64,000 bases of DNA from Mustelus asterias (lineage: Eukaryota): positions 1,364,001 to 1,428,000 of the forward strand of contig NW_027590128.1 of assembly GCF_964213995.1 (NCBI RefSeq), given 5' to 3'. Shown piece by piece: positions 46,665 to 59,065 of this stretch. Position 1 is the first letter of the stretch. Every line of letters begins with the position of its first letter. The position numbers were made by a program, and so were the translations under genes. The notes below the pieces were generated by a model. That model did no database searches. It was not told the DNA's origin and was given only the letters and a program-made list of their open reading frames with translations.

Positions 46665-46855
46665 GAGCATTGGCTGTGGCTGATCTGACGTCACACCCTA
46701 CAGAACCTATGGTCGGAAGAGTGGAGAGCACTGATTAGAGAATAAAGAGCTGATTGGATACCACAATCTACAAATTGGTTTATTCCTGGCAGCGTCATCA
46801 GCTGATATCCAATAAGCTCCTGGGCTCTTTGCTCTGGATTCATCCAATTAGCTGA
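46665..46855 (-). promoter_or_regulatory. V3 promoter
   Basis: Perfect CRE TGACGTCA at 46686-46693, ~90 bp upstream of the leader ATG; several CCAAT/ATTGG boxes. Confidence 0.6.
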
Positions 46856-46881
46856 GAGCTCCTTTCTGCGCTAATTCATGA

Positions 46882-46957
46882 CAGTAAGAACTCTCACAAC
46901 ACCAGGTTAAAGTCCAACAGGTTTATTTGGTAGCACAAGCTTCCGGAGCGCTGCTCC
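46882..46957 (-). mobile_element. Truncated Penelope pLTR fragment
   Basis: CAGTAAGAACTCTCACAACACCAGGTTAAAGTCCAACAGG; stops within the hammerhead. Confidence 0.8.
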
Positions 46958-47169
46958 GAGAATCAGACAAACTGGGAGCACCAGCTCAGTACAATAAATT
47001 TTCAGCATTCTTAATATCGCAATCCGTCAACAGTATAAAATTTTAGAAAATGCTCATTAGAATGCATGCCTCTATTTCAGGTTTTATTTCTCTCATTGTT
47101 TTTCTGAATGAAATAACTGAATATTGTTTCAAAAGATGTATAGGAGGAATTGTCTTGGGTTTGGATAAA

Positions 47170-47590
47170 CTTGATTTGATTTGATTTAGCATTTTCACAA
47201 ACACTGGTCTACAGTGGAAAGTATTGTTTCTTGCATGCTATACAGACAAAGTTTACCATACATAGAGAACATAGGGGAGAAGGACAGGAGAGGGTGCAGG
47301 ATGCAGTGTTACAATTAAAACCAGGGTGTAGAGAAATAACAGCTTAATGTATGGTAGATCCATTTAAAAGTCCGATGGCAGCAGGGGAGAAGCCGTCCTT
47401 CAGTCGGTTGGTACGTGACCTCAGACATCCGTTTCTTTTTCCCAACGGAATAAGGTGGAGAAGCGTATGCCCGGTGTGCATGGGGTCCTTGATTATGCCG
47501 GGCGCTTTTCTGAGGCAGCGGGAAGTGTAGACAGAGTCAGTGGATGGGAGGCTGGTTTGCGTGATGGACCAAGTTTCCTTCAGGACTCTT
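47170..47590 (-). mobile_element. Rex1/Babar-type LINE 3' fragment
   Basis: RCLRKAPGIIKDPMHTGHTL..RSRTNRLKDGFSPAAI. Confidence 0.8.
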
Positions 47591-47901
47591 TGTAAAGAGC
47601 AGGGATGTGGACTTATTTGGATAGCCCATGCGAAGTCCTGGCACAGGCACAATAGGTCAACAGACTCCTCCTTGTCTGTACGGTGCACAGATCTCCGTCT
47701 GCAACTGAAGTGACTGAACAAATAACTGCTGTCGGTGCAGACCTGGCTCAATATCGCGGTGATGATATTAATTTGGATTAACCTTTCCCGCACAACAGTC
47801 AAGAGCTCAACGTTAACAAAATACATAGAAATAAAGAGCAGTAAAATGCTAACATGCTTCAGCCGGCCCGAGTAACCATTTTCCTGAGGAATGGATAGCA
47901 C

Positions 47902-49738
47902 CATAGAGTCATAGAGTCATATAAGTTTACAACATGGAAACAGGCCCTTTGACCCAACTTGTCCATGCTGCCCTTTTTTTCAAACCCTGAAGCTAGTCCC
48001 AATTGCCCGCATTTGGCTCATATCCCTCTATACCCATCAGACCCATGTAACTTTCTAAATGCTTTTCAAAAGACAAAATTGTACCCGCGTCTACTAATAC
48101 CTCTGGCAGCTTGTTCCAGACACTCACCACCCTCTGTGTGAAAAAATTGCCCCTCTGGACACTTTTGTACGGTCTCCCTCTCACCTTAAACCTATGCCTC
48201 TAGCTTTAGACTCCCCCACCATTGGGAAAAGATATTGACTATCTAGCTGATCTACCCCTCATTATTTTATAGACCTATGTAAGATCACCCCTCAGCCTTC
48301 GACGCTCCAGAGAAAAAAAGTCCCAGTCTATCCAGCCTCTCCTTACAACTCAAACCATCAAGTCCCGGTAGCATCCTAGTAAATATTGTCTCCACTCTTT
48401 CTAGTTTAATAATATCCTTTCTATAATAGGGTGACCAGAAATGTACACAATATTCTAAGTGTGGCCTTACCAATGTCTTGTACAACTTCAAAAAGACGTC
48501 CTAACTACTGTATTCAATGCTCTAACCAATGAAAACAACCATTCTGAATGCCGTCTTCACCACTCTGTCCACCCGTGACTGTACTTTCAAGGAGCGATGA
48601 ACATGTACCCCTAGATGTCTTTGTTCTGTAACTCTCCCCAACGCCCTACCATTAACTGAGTAAGTCCTGCCTTGGTTCAATCTACCAAAATGCATCACCT
48701 CGCATTTATCTAAACTAAATTCCATCTGCATTCGTCAGCCCACTGGTCAATTGATCAAGATCCCGTTGCAGTCCGAGAAAACCTTCTTCAATGTGTACTA
48801 TGCCACCAATCTTGGTGTCATCTGGAAACTTACTAACCATGCCTCCTATATTCTCATCCAAATCATTAATATAAATGACAAATAACAGCGGACCCAGTAC
48901 TGATCCCTCAGGCAAACCTCTGGTCACAGGCCTCCAGTTTGAAAAACAACCCTCGGCAATTACCCTCTGGCTTGTGTCATCAACCCAATTTTGTATCCAT
49001 TTAGCTACGTCGCCCTGGATCCCATGATATTTAACCTTATGCAACAACCTGCCATGCGGTACCTTGTGAAAAGCCTTGCTAAAGTCCATGTAGACAACAT
49101 CACCTGCACTGCCCTCATCTACCTTCTTGGTTACCCCTTCAAAAAGCATAATCAAGTTTGTGAGACATGATTTTTCCACTCACAAAGCCATGCTGAATGT
49201 CCCTAATCAGTTCCTGCGTCTCTAAATTCCTGCAGATCTTGCCTCTCAAAATACCTTACAACTTACCCACCACAGGTATGAGGCTCACTGGCCTGTAGTT
49301 CCCAGGCTTTTCCCTGCAGCCCTTTTAAAACAAAGGCACAACATTTGCCTCCCTCAAATCTTCAGGCACATCACCTGTGACTGTCGATGATTCAAATATC
49401 TCTGCTGGGGGACTCGCAATTTCCTCCCTCGCCTCCTACAATGTCCTGGGATACATTTAATCAGATCCCGGGGATTTATCCACCTTGATGCGCTTTAAGA
49501 CTTCCAACACCTCCTTCTCAGTAATATGTACACTCCTCAAGACATCACTATTTATTTCCCCAAGGCCCCGAACATCTATGCTTTTCTCAACAATAAATAC
49601 TTATAAGAAATATTCATTTAGGATCTGACCCAGCTGTTGTGGATCCGCACATCGATGACCTAGTTGATCCTTAACAGACCCTACTCTCTTCCTTGTTACT
49701 CTTTTGCCTTTTATGTATTTGTAGAAGCTCTTTGTATT
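47902..49738 (-). mobile_element. Degenerate CR1 LINE (~1.8 kb)
   Basis: Frameshifted RT ORFs KSCLTNL, MDFSKAF, GSVLGPLLF, LVRPHLEYC; (ATAGAGTC)n tail. Confidence 0.92.
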
Positions 49739-49859
49739 CACCAGTAGTTCACAATGTAGTCAACTTACTGAAGGGCGCAGTGACAGCTGTGAGGATTGTG
49801 AACTCGCAAACTGGGACGTTGTGCTTTTTTCCAAAAGAAAACTTATTCATAAAGTATCT

Positions 49860-50270
49860 GAAAGAACATTACAAAATACTTCAAAATGGCCATAACAGCA
49901 AGTGCAATAACATTCAAGGTTTCGACAATGAAGCTGTTGCACTCAGTGTATAATTAAAGGAACATTACAGAATTTTTCAGAACGGTTTTTACAGAAAGTG
50001 CAATAACGTTTCGGTTTCGGACACAGATAATTTTGCACGCTGACGCGCTTCAACGCATTCAATGAAACATTACAGAACGTTGCAAAATGGTTATTTCAGA
50101 AAGTGCAGTGATACTGAAGTTTTCTGCAAAGATAATGTTGCACATTGAAGAGCTTCAGTGCAATCAATGAAACATAATACATATTTCAAGATCGTCAATA
50201 CAGGAAGGGCGATGTTATTTAGGTTGTCTACATTGAACAAGTTACACTCTCAGGTGCTTCAGTAGAATTG
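49860..50270 (+). repeat. Four diverged ~95-105-bp tandem units
   Basis: AACAT(T/A)A..CAGNAAGTGCA..TTGCAC recurring at ~49866, 49961, 50066, 50171. Confidence 0.7.
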
Positions 50271-50599
50271 CGAGAGGTGTAATATTCACTGCATTCATTC
50301 AATGTGAGTCCAACAGCACGGGGCGTTCATGTGTGTTCTGCTCCCCTCAGATCACAATGGCCGAAAGGTCGCAGTTTTCCCCATTGCGCCTTTGCAGCAA
50401 CTGCCTCACGGTTTAGTGCGTCCCTCAATCGGTAGTCCTGCGCCCTGGAATGTGTTGTCTGCAACACTCGATCGAGGACAATTCTTTGCACATGAAGATC
50501 AACTGGTTTCGGGAAGGCAAATAGTGTATTTTACCGAGTTGAAAATTCTCCAACAGCAATTGGTGCTTGTCTCGGTTTGTCCCTGGGAACAGCCCGTAG

Positions 50600-50741
50600 A
50601 CATGATGAGGAGATGCCGGCGTTGGACTGGGGTGAACACAGTAAGAAGTCTCACAACACCAGGTTAAAGTCCAACAGGTTTATTTGGCAGCAAATACCAT
50701 GAGCTTTCGGAGCGCTGCTCCTTCGTCAGATGGAGTGGAAA
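50600..50741 (-). mobile_element. Solo Penelope pLTR fragment
   Basis: Near-identical to the reverse complement of 5202-5343. Confidence 0.9.
50697..50733 (-). ncRNA. Minimal type I hammerhead ribozyme
   Basis: Minus strand CCAT-CTGACGA-AGGAGCAGCGCTCC-GAAA-GCTC-ATGG. Confidence 0.85.
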
Positions 50742-52222
50742 GCACAGAGTCCTTCGTCACGGAGTTGCTTAGGATGAACCTCGACCAATAAAAAAAGCTT
50801 CTCATCACCTCGGGATATAACTGGATAGTTTATCTGCTACGTTCGGGTTTTGTGTCTCAGTGACTCACTGACACAGTAACACACCCCAGCGCCTGATACC
50901 GATGTGCTGTCTCCATTAGGACTGGTCAAAGGTCTTGTTGAGTGAATGAAGAGTTTGAAGAGTCTGTGGTGTTTCTGCTAACAGATGAAATGACAAATTT
51001 CAGGCCACGGTTCTGTTGCAGGCTGAACGAGCGGATGCTCTCAGGGCATCAGGTGATTGTATTTCATTGGATTTCAATCGATTGTCACTCTTGTGTTAAT
51101 ATCTGCTGTGATTGAGAGGTCGCAGACACTCCACCGATAATTGTCCATGCAAAAGTAAGTTGTTTTTTATGGTCAACACTCTCCTTCCAAAATTGCTCAC
51201 TTAAAATCAAAACGGGAAGCTGCAATTCCACTAATTGCCGTTTCCTGGTTTCTGCATTCTCTCGATCCAGAATATTAAAGGAGTATGACGTCAATGGAGG
51301 TTTAATGGAATACGTAATCATATATATTACTTCCATGGTAAATATCTTTCATATCGTCACCGAGGACAAAGTAGAAATGCAACACTGATGTGTGGTTTTC
51401 GATAAGTTGCCTTGGGACAGAATTTTCATATATCCTTTTCAGTAAAAGGCAGAATTATCTCCTTTGCTCAGCCAACTCGGAGTTTCAAAGTCGCAAATGT
51501 TTAGCTCAGTTTCTCTCTCCACAGAGTCTTTCCAGCAATTTTCTGTTTTTATTTCAGATCTCCCTATCATATGTACACATAGACATGCATTATTTCATAT
51601 TGGCACCGAGAACATTCCTGTCGGTTGCAATTCCTCCTGTGTTTCATTATATCCAAGGAAATGACTAATAACGGCATTTGGTGTGGAAATTAATATTTGA
51701 TATTAATGCGGGAGTGTTTGATATGTCTGTCGATATGTTGGGCGTTGGATATACATGATTTGTACTATGTGCATTGGCTGCAAGTTGTTGATTAATCTCA
51801 CTCCGAACAACAGCAACATGCATCACATTCTGGAGTACTTCCATGGAGTGGAATGTAAAATGACTACTGGAATTTTTTCAAAGTATCAAAATATTACGAT
51901 GGACCTGAGCACCAGCTGATGGTCCATTATGCGGGATATCTGTTATTGAAACCTGTAAGGGAGAGACAAGGGAGAAATGTAGGTGGAGATATGGGAAGAA
52001 AACAAGAGGGATTGAATAATTGGAATTGGAGGCGAGACCTGGAGTTAAGCAGAGCAAGAACCGGTGATATAAATGAATGAATCAGGAATAGATTTAGAGG
52101 AAGATACAATCAGAGAAACAGCTGCAGCAAAATAGACAAATACGAACTAAAAAATGGGGAATATTTGTTCCAAGTGTTATTTTCACTCCCAGATATTTGA
52201 TACATTCTGTGTTTTGTTGCAG

Positions 52223-52550
52223 AAATAGTGATGATTCTGTGTCCAATGATCAATCTGAATTAAGGGTTCTCCAAGCACAGAGCATAATGCTGTATTGTAA
52301 ATACTCGACAGCTACTCTCCCTACTCTGTTCCTGTATCCCAGCCAAACTCCGAGATATTTAATGAGGATTTATAGCTCGGAGGATGTGGAAAAATATTGC
52401 CTACTTTGTACAAAGGAACACTGTTCCTCAAATGTCACCAGGACGCTTCTCTCCGATACCCCCTTGTGTTTCTGCTGCAGAGATAGAACGGATCCCGGAG
52501 AAAAGCACCGCACTTAGTGATCAGCAGAGGGCGCGCTCACCCGAAAAACA
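52223..52550 (+). pseudogene. Heavily degenerate TCR V segment V4
   Basis: After TGTTGCAG: DDSVSND..MLYCKYST..LFLYPSQTPRYL..NVTRTLLSDT..FC; conserved Trp lost; RSS-like CTTAGTG + 22 nt + CGAAAAACA. Confidence 0.6.
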
Positions 52551-53224
52551 GGAATAATAAGTGAGAGTAACAGAAATGTATTATAATTCCGAGCGAAGGC
52601 ACTCACCAAAGTGAGTTAGTGGTGCGTCAGCTGACATTTTGTCTTTGGTGTTATTTCCTAGTCTGTATCAATTATTGGCCAGCCCTTTCCCATCTCCCCT
52701 TTCCGTTTCTCGGTCCATTTGATCACAGTCGGTACACAGCGTGTGTGTGAATGCTTTTTTGCGAATATTACTGAATTTCCCCACAATGCCACTGTCATTT
52801 CGAGCGTAATTTTCGAGCGTAAATTTGTTGTTTCCTGACACCTTTTACGGACCAGAATCTCTGCCTTACCATAACTAGATCAGGATTTTCTTCTGATGTG
52901 AATATCACCAAAGGACACCTTGCCCCGATAAGGACATTAATTATATCCCAGTTCAGTGTTCTTCCATTTACTCGCAGTCACCTCACCAGACTGGGAATTG
53001 TGGACAAAACATGTCGCACATTTTCTCTCTGTTCGCAAGCATGGTTTGAATCACAAATTTAAACTCACTACCGTCTTATTTCTTTTTTTCGGGTTTGAAC
53101 CTTGGAGATTTTGTCATTCAGCCACTGTCCTTTGATGTTATCAGTGATCGGTGGATATGTACGTCGAGATCTCTCTGCTTATCAATACTCCGAAGGGTTC
53201 TATCTTTCCTATATAATCCCGACA

Positions 53225-53555
53225 TGCATTGGACCTTCCAAAATGCATTATCTCACACTTGTCCAGAATAAACTCCATCTGCCATTTTTCCGCCCCAGTC
53301 TCCAACCGGTTTATCTTTTGCAGTAGCTGTATCCTCTGACAATCCTCTTCACTCTCCGCAACTCCACAAATTTTTGTGTCGTCTGTGAACTTACAATTAT
53401 ACCAGTTACATTTTCCTCCAAATCATTTACATATACTACGAACAGCAAAGGTTCCGGAACTGATCCCTGTGGATCATGGCTAGTCACAGCCTTCCAGTCA
53501 GAAAATCACCCCTCTACCGCTACCCTCTGTCTTCTATGGCTAAACCTGTTCTGTA
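53225..53555 (-). mobile_element. CR1 internal fragment
   Basis: Minus strand PQGSVPEPLLF..KFTDDTK remnant. Confidence 0.7.
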
Positions 53556-54002
53556 AACCCCGCAGAGAACATACAGCGCATGTGCAGTTTCGCCTTCGGC
53601 ATCTTTCATGTTAAATTAATAATTGTATTTTTATTTACATATAAATCACCTCCTGGTGGCCTGTCTGGTTCAGAATTTCAGTCACTTTCTCCATTTCTGA
53701 ACAGTCGTTTTTTTTTTCTTTTTTCTTTAAAATAAACGGTGGTGACGTCACTGGAATAGGACGGCCAGTCCTTCCCCGCCTCTGGCTCCTGATGTTCCGC
53801 CAAAGAGCTGCAGCTGGTCCAGGGTACGGCCAAGATGTGACACTGTGAGGAGCAGCAACAGCAGCTGCAGGGAGTGTCCCAGTGACCCCTGGAGCCAGGA
53901 GGTGAAAGAACAGCAAGCATAGTCTCTGCCCAATGGCTACCCCCAGGTCAGTTGTTCAGTGACAGTGGGAACCTCTTACATTTAATCTTCAGCTTCTCAG
54001 AT

Positions 54003-54114
54003 TCACCTCCATCCATCCCTCCATCCATTGCTCCCTTGCTCGATCGGTCCCTCGATCCATCCATCCGTCCATCCCTTCCTCCCTCCATCCATCCCTACAT
54101 GTGTCCCTCCATTC
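54003..54114 (+). repeat. Degenerate (CCAT)n microsatellite
   Basis: Repeated CCATCC units. Confidence 0.75.
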
Positions 54115-54529
54115 ACACAACAAGAACTATTCAGTCTGCACAGCAGCTTCAGTCTCATTCCCCAAGTTTGTTTTCCACCCTTTATCACTCCAATTCTTCT
54201 CCCACATGTTTCACATCATTACATTATAACACAAACTTGATAACCTCTCCAATTTGACATTTGTTCAGGGGTACAGACAGCAGATAAATGATCAACTACA
54301 ACCCCACTCTGGGCTATGGTGATACATTTATACATTATCTCATCACACAATAAAACCCACACACCGGTTTTAAGTTTGTTTCCGTTACCCAGCAGGTTGA
54401 GTAAACTGAAATTGACATCAAGACTTTATGGTCTCTGTCTCTGTGTTTGTGAGACTGTCCGTAATAGTGTGTATGTCTGTGTGTGTGTGTCTCTGTGTGT
54501 TCTTCTGAGAGTATATGTTTTTAATTTTG

Positions 54530-54820
54530 TTGTATTTGATTTATTATTGTCATGTGTATTAGTATGCAGTGAAAAGTATTGTTTCTTGCGCGCTATACAA
54601 ACAAAGCATACCGCACATAGAGAACAGTAAGAAGGCTCAAAACGCCAGGTTAAGGTTTATTTGGAATCACGAGCTTTCGGAGCGCTGCTCCTTCATTACG
54701 TGAGTGGAAAGGTAGGTTTCACAAACACGGCATTACACGCACATAGAAAAGGAAAGGAGAGATTGCAGAATGTAATGTTACAGTCATAGCTAGGGTGTAG
54801 AGAAAGATCAATTTAATTAA
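54530..54820 (-). mobile_element. Rex1-type tail with nested Penelope pLTR fragment (~54625-54735, mutated hammerhead core)
   Basis: Flanks match 39730-39885; insert minus strand CAC-GTAATGA-AGGAGCAGCGCTCC-GAAA-GCTC-GTG. Confidence 0.75.
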
Positions 54821-54959
54821 AACATTGTTATAGATTTCAAAAGAATTAGAATAGAGTTTTAGAAGCAAAGACCGAGAGTAAAAGATAACATCAGAGAGAT
54901 GCGGGGCACAGCATGCAATAAGTCGCTATGGTCCGACGCCATCCTGATTTTTTTTGGTT

Positions 54960-55085
54960 TGTCTCTGTGTTTCTCTGAGAGTGTGTGTGTGTTCGCTTTT
55001 GTCTGAGTATGTATTCGTATGTGTCCGTATGTGCGACTTTGCTTGTGTCTATTTCTCTGAGATCGTGTGACTGTTTTTGCCTGAG

Positions 55086-55123
<38 letters not shown>

Positions 55124-56000
55124 TGTGCTTGTGTCTGTTTGATTGCCTGTTCATGTGTGTGTATTATGCTGAAAGTGCGTGTCTGTGAGTTTACAACCTT
55201 GCCTATGTTGCTTGACTGAGATCATATGTGTGCCTATGTTGGACTGTGTGCGTGTGTTTCTGTGTGCGTGACTGTGTTTGCCTGGGTGTTTGTGTGTGTG
55301 TGTGTTGGTGCCTACGTGTTTTTCTGTGATTGTATGTATGCCTGAGTGTTTGACTGAGTGCTTATGTGTTTGTCTCTAAGTGTGTGTGTTTTGTCTGAGA
55401 GATTGTGTGTATCTGTGTGTTTGCATCAGAGTGAATTTGTATGTGTGTGCCTGTGTGTTCGTTTGATAGTACAGCTGTGTGTGGGTCTGTGTGTGTATAT
55501 TTGCCAGCGAGTGTGTCTGTGTGTGCATGCATGTCTGAGAGTGTATGTTTTCTTTGTCTGAATTTTTCTCTGTATATGGCTGTGTGCAAGAGTTTGCTTG
55601 TGTGTGTTTGTCTGAGTGTGTTCTTGTGATTGTATCTTTGTCTGTGAGTGTGTGTGTGTGCCTGTGTTTTTCTGAGCGTTTCTCTGTGTTTGCGAGTTTT
55701 CCTGCGTCTGTTCGTCTCAGAAATAAGTGTGCCTGCATTTGCCTGTGTGTTTGCGTGTATGTTTTCTGTACTTTTCTAAATGCGTGTGTGTTTGTGTCTG
55801 TGTGTGTGTGCATGTATTTGTCTGACAGCGTGTCTGTGTGTCTGAAAGAGAGAGAAAGTATGTGTGTGCCTGTGGGTGCGTGCGTGTGTTTGTCTGAGCG
55901 AGTATATCTGTGTATGGGCCTGTGTGTGCGAGTTTGCCTGTATCGATTTTTGTGAGATCCTGTGTGTGTGTTTCTGTGTGTGTGTGCTCGTGACTGTTTC
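54960..56000 (+). repeat. Degenerate (TG)n low-complexity tract
   Basis: Directly visible; includes a pure (GT)n run near 55089-55118. Confidence 0.9.
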
Positions 56001-56348
56001 CTAGAAATCATAGAAACCCTTCAGTACAGAAAGAGGCCATTCGGCCCATCGAGTCTGCACCGAACACAATCCCACCCAGGCCCTACCCCCACATCCCTAC
56101 ATATTTTACCCGCTAATCCCTCTAATCTACGCATCTCAGGACACTAAGGGTCAATTTTTAGCATGGCCAATTAACTTAACCCGCATATCTTTGGACTGTG
56201 GGAGGAAACCGGAGCACTCGGAGGAAACCCACGCAGATACAAGGAGAATGTGCAAACTCCACACAGACAGTGACCCAAGCTGGGAATCGAACCCAGGTCT
56301 CTGGAGCGGTGAAGCAGCAGTGCTAACCACTACGCTACGGTGCCGCCC
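56001..56348 (-). mobile_element. HE1-like SINE (tail type B)
   Basis: Full-length family match. Confidence 0.88.
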
Positions 56349-56625
56349 ATTTGTCTGTTTGTGTGTGTACGTTTGCGAGTTTGCTTGTGTCTGCTTGTCT
56401 CAGTGTGTTTTTCTGAATGTGTGTGTGTGTGTGTGTGTTGGTCTCGGATTGTGTGTGTGTGTGAACATTTGAAAAAAAGAAATATATCAAAATGTATGAT
56501 ATACTTGGCATTATGGTGACATGGCTCCAAGGTTAGCAAGGATGGGAACTAAACATTGAGGGCCATTCGATGTTTAGGAAGGACAGACAGAAAGCAAAAA
56601 AATGGAGTACATTGTTTCTTAAAGC

Positions 56626-56942
56626 GGGGCGGCACGGTGGCAGAGTGGTTAGCACTGCTGCCTCAATGACAGGGTCCCGGGTACAATTCCGAACTCGGAT
56701 CACTGCCTGTGTGGAGTTGGCACATTCTCCCCGTGTCTGCTTGGGTTTCCTCCGGGTGCCTCGGTTTCCTCCCACAGTCCAAAGATGTGTGGGTCAGCTT
56801 GATTGGCCATCCGAAATTGACCCTCGTGTCAGGGGATTGACAGGATAAATAATTTGGGTTACGGAAATAGGGCCCGGGATTGTGGTCGGTGCAGACTCAA
56901 TAATCCGAATGGCCTCCTTCTGCACTGTAGGGATCCTATGTG
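56626..56942 (+). mobile_element. HE1-like SINE (tail type B)
   Basis: GGGCGGCACGGTGGCAGAGTGGTTAGCAC head; inverted relative to 56001-56348. Confidence 0.85.
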
Positions 56943-57079
56943 ATATTGAAGAAAGATATTAGCACAGAGGATGTGGAAGACTGGTAAGGGAACTGTGGCC
57001 AAGCCATCGCGTACAAGGGAAGAAGAAACATACAAATTGGTAAATAAATCCATCGACCTGAGAATTTGGAGCAGTTTCA

Positions 57080-59065
57080 ATTCAGCACAAAAGGACCCAG
57101 GAATTGATTCAGAAGGGAAAAAATAGAGTGTGAAAGTAAGAAGGCGGGAAACATAACAAATAGTTGATCCATTTGTGGGCATTTTCGAAAAAATATTTAG
57201 ACTCTAAACTGGTCGCTACAGATTGGAGGGTAGCTAATATACGCCCGCCAGTCAAAAAGGGAGGTAGAGAGAAATAGGGTGAACCATAAGGCAAAGAGCC
57301 GAACATTAGAACTAGGAAATTGCTCGAATCAATTATTAAGGATTTCGTAACTCAGCATTTGGAAGGCAGTGGTAAAATCAGACGAAGTCAACATGGATTT
57401 GCAAAGGGGAAATCATGCTTGGCAAATCTATTGGAATTGTGTGAGAATGTAACTAGTAGAGGTGACCAAGGAAAACTGGTGAGTATGGGTTATTTAGACT
57501 TTAAAATGCTTTCGGCAAGGTCTCATATAGCGTACGACCATAAACGTGGCATGGATACTGTATTGAGCTGGATAGAAAGCTGCTTAGCAGATAGGAAGCA
57601 AAGAGTTGGCAGAAATGAGTGTTTTTCCAATTGGCTGGTAGTGACCAGTGGGGTACCGCAGGGATCCACGCTAGGAGCCCAACTGTTCTTATTATGTACA
57701 ATTGATTTCAAAGAGGGAACTAAATGTGTTTTCTCCAATTTGCAGGTGACGCAAAGTTAGGTGAGAGGGTGAGCTCTGAGAAAGATGCAGCGATGCTTCA
57801 GCCTGATTTAAACAGGCAGAGTGAATGGACATATGCATCGAAGATGCAGTATAATGTGGGCAAATGCGAGATCATCCACTTCGGAGGCAACAATAGGACG
57901 GCAGATTATTATTTGAATAAATTGAGAGGTGAATATTCAGCGACAGCTTGGCATCCATGTGTATGGAAACAAATTGAAACATGCTACCGTGCAAAGGGAC
58001 CTGGGGGTCCTTGTGCATGAGACGCAAAAGCCCAGTCTGCAGGTACAACAGGTGATCAAGAAGGCAAATGGGATGTTGGCCTATATTGCGAGGGGGATAG
58101 AATATAAAAGCAGGGATGTCTTGATGCACCTGTACAGGGCATTGGTGAGGCCGCAGCTGGAATACTGTGTGCAGTATTGGTCCCCTTATATGAGGAAGGA
58201 TATATTGGCATTGGAGGGAGTGCAGAGAAGGTTCACCAGGTTGATACCGGAGATGAGGGGTTTGGATTATGAGGAGAGGCTGAGGAGATTGGGTTTGTAC
58301 TCGTTGGAGTTTAGAAGGATGAGGGAGGATCTTATGGAGACTTATAAGATAATGCGGGGGCTGGATAGGGTGGAGGCGGAGAGATTCTTTCCACTTAGTA
58401 AGGAAGTTAAAACTAGAGGACACAGCCTCAAAATAAAGGGGGGTCGGTTTAAGACAGAGTTGAGGAGGAACTTCTTCTCTCAGAGGGTGGTGAATCTCTG
58501 GAATTCTCTGCCCACTGAGGTGGTGGAGGCTACCTCGCTGAATATGTTTAAAGCGCGGATGGATGGATTCCTGATCGGTAAGGGAATTAAGGGTTATGGG
58601 GATCAGGCGGGTAAGTGGTACTGATCCACGTCAGATCAGCCATGATCTTATTGAATGGCGGGGCAGGCTCGAGGGGTAGATGGCCTACTCCTGCTCCTAT
58701 TTCTTATGTTCTTATTAGACAGGGTAAATTCAGAAAGATTATCCCAGAAGGCTGGGGAGTCCAGAACTAGGGGGTCATAGTCTGAGGATAAGGGGTAAAA
58801 CCTTTAGAACTGAGGTGAAGGAGAAACTTCATCACCCAGACAGTGGTGAATCTGTGGAATTCACTACCACAGGAAGTGATTATGACCAACACGTTGCAGG
58901 ATTTCAAGAAGAAATTAGATACAGCTCTTGGGGCTAAAGGGAGCAAGGGATTTGGAGGGAAGGCACGATCAGGATATTCAATTTGACGATCATCCATGAT
59001 CATAATGAGTGGCGAAGAAGGCTCGAAAGGCCGACAGGCCTTTTCCGGTTTCTATTTTTTCTGTT
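57080..59065 (+). mobile_element. Old CR1 LINE hosting a young CR1 insert
   Basis: SQHGFAKGKSCLANL, GVPQGSTLG remnants; resumes at ~58716 as LDRVN..WNSLPQEV. Confidence 0.85.
57963..58715 (+). mobile_element. Young CR1 3' fragment, near-identical to 3612-4372
   Basis: Peptide GNKLKHATVQRDLG..GDQAGKWY differs at only a few residues from the 3711-4913 copy; same tail. Confidence 0.95.

Larger units (their letters stand above)
49825..50960 (-). mobile_element. Probable L1/Tx1-type LINE 3' end with repetitive 3' UTR
   Basis: Minus-strand remnant LFPGTNRDKHQLL / NCCWRI..NSVK..RNQLIF resembles an L1/Tx1 ORF2 C-terminus; A/T-rich tail near 49825. Confidence 0.45.
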
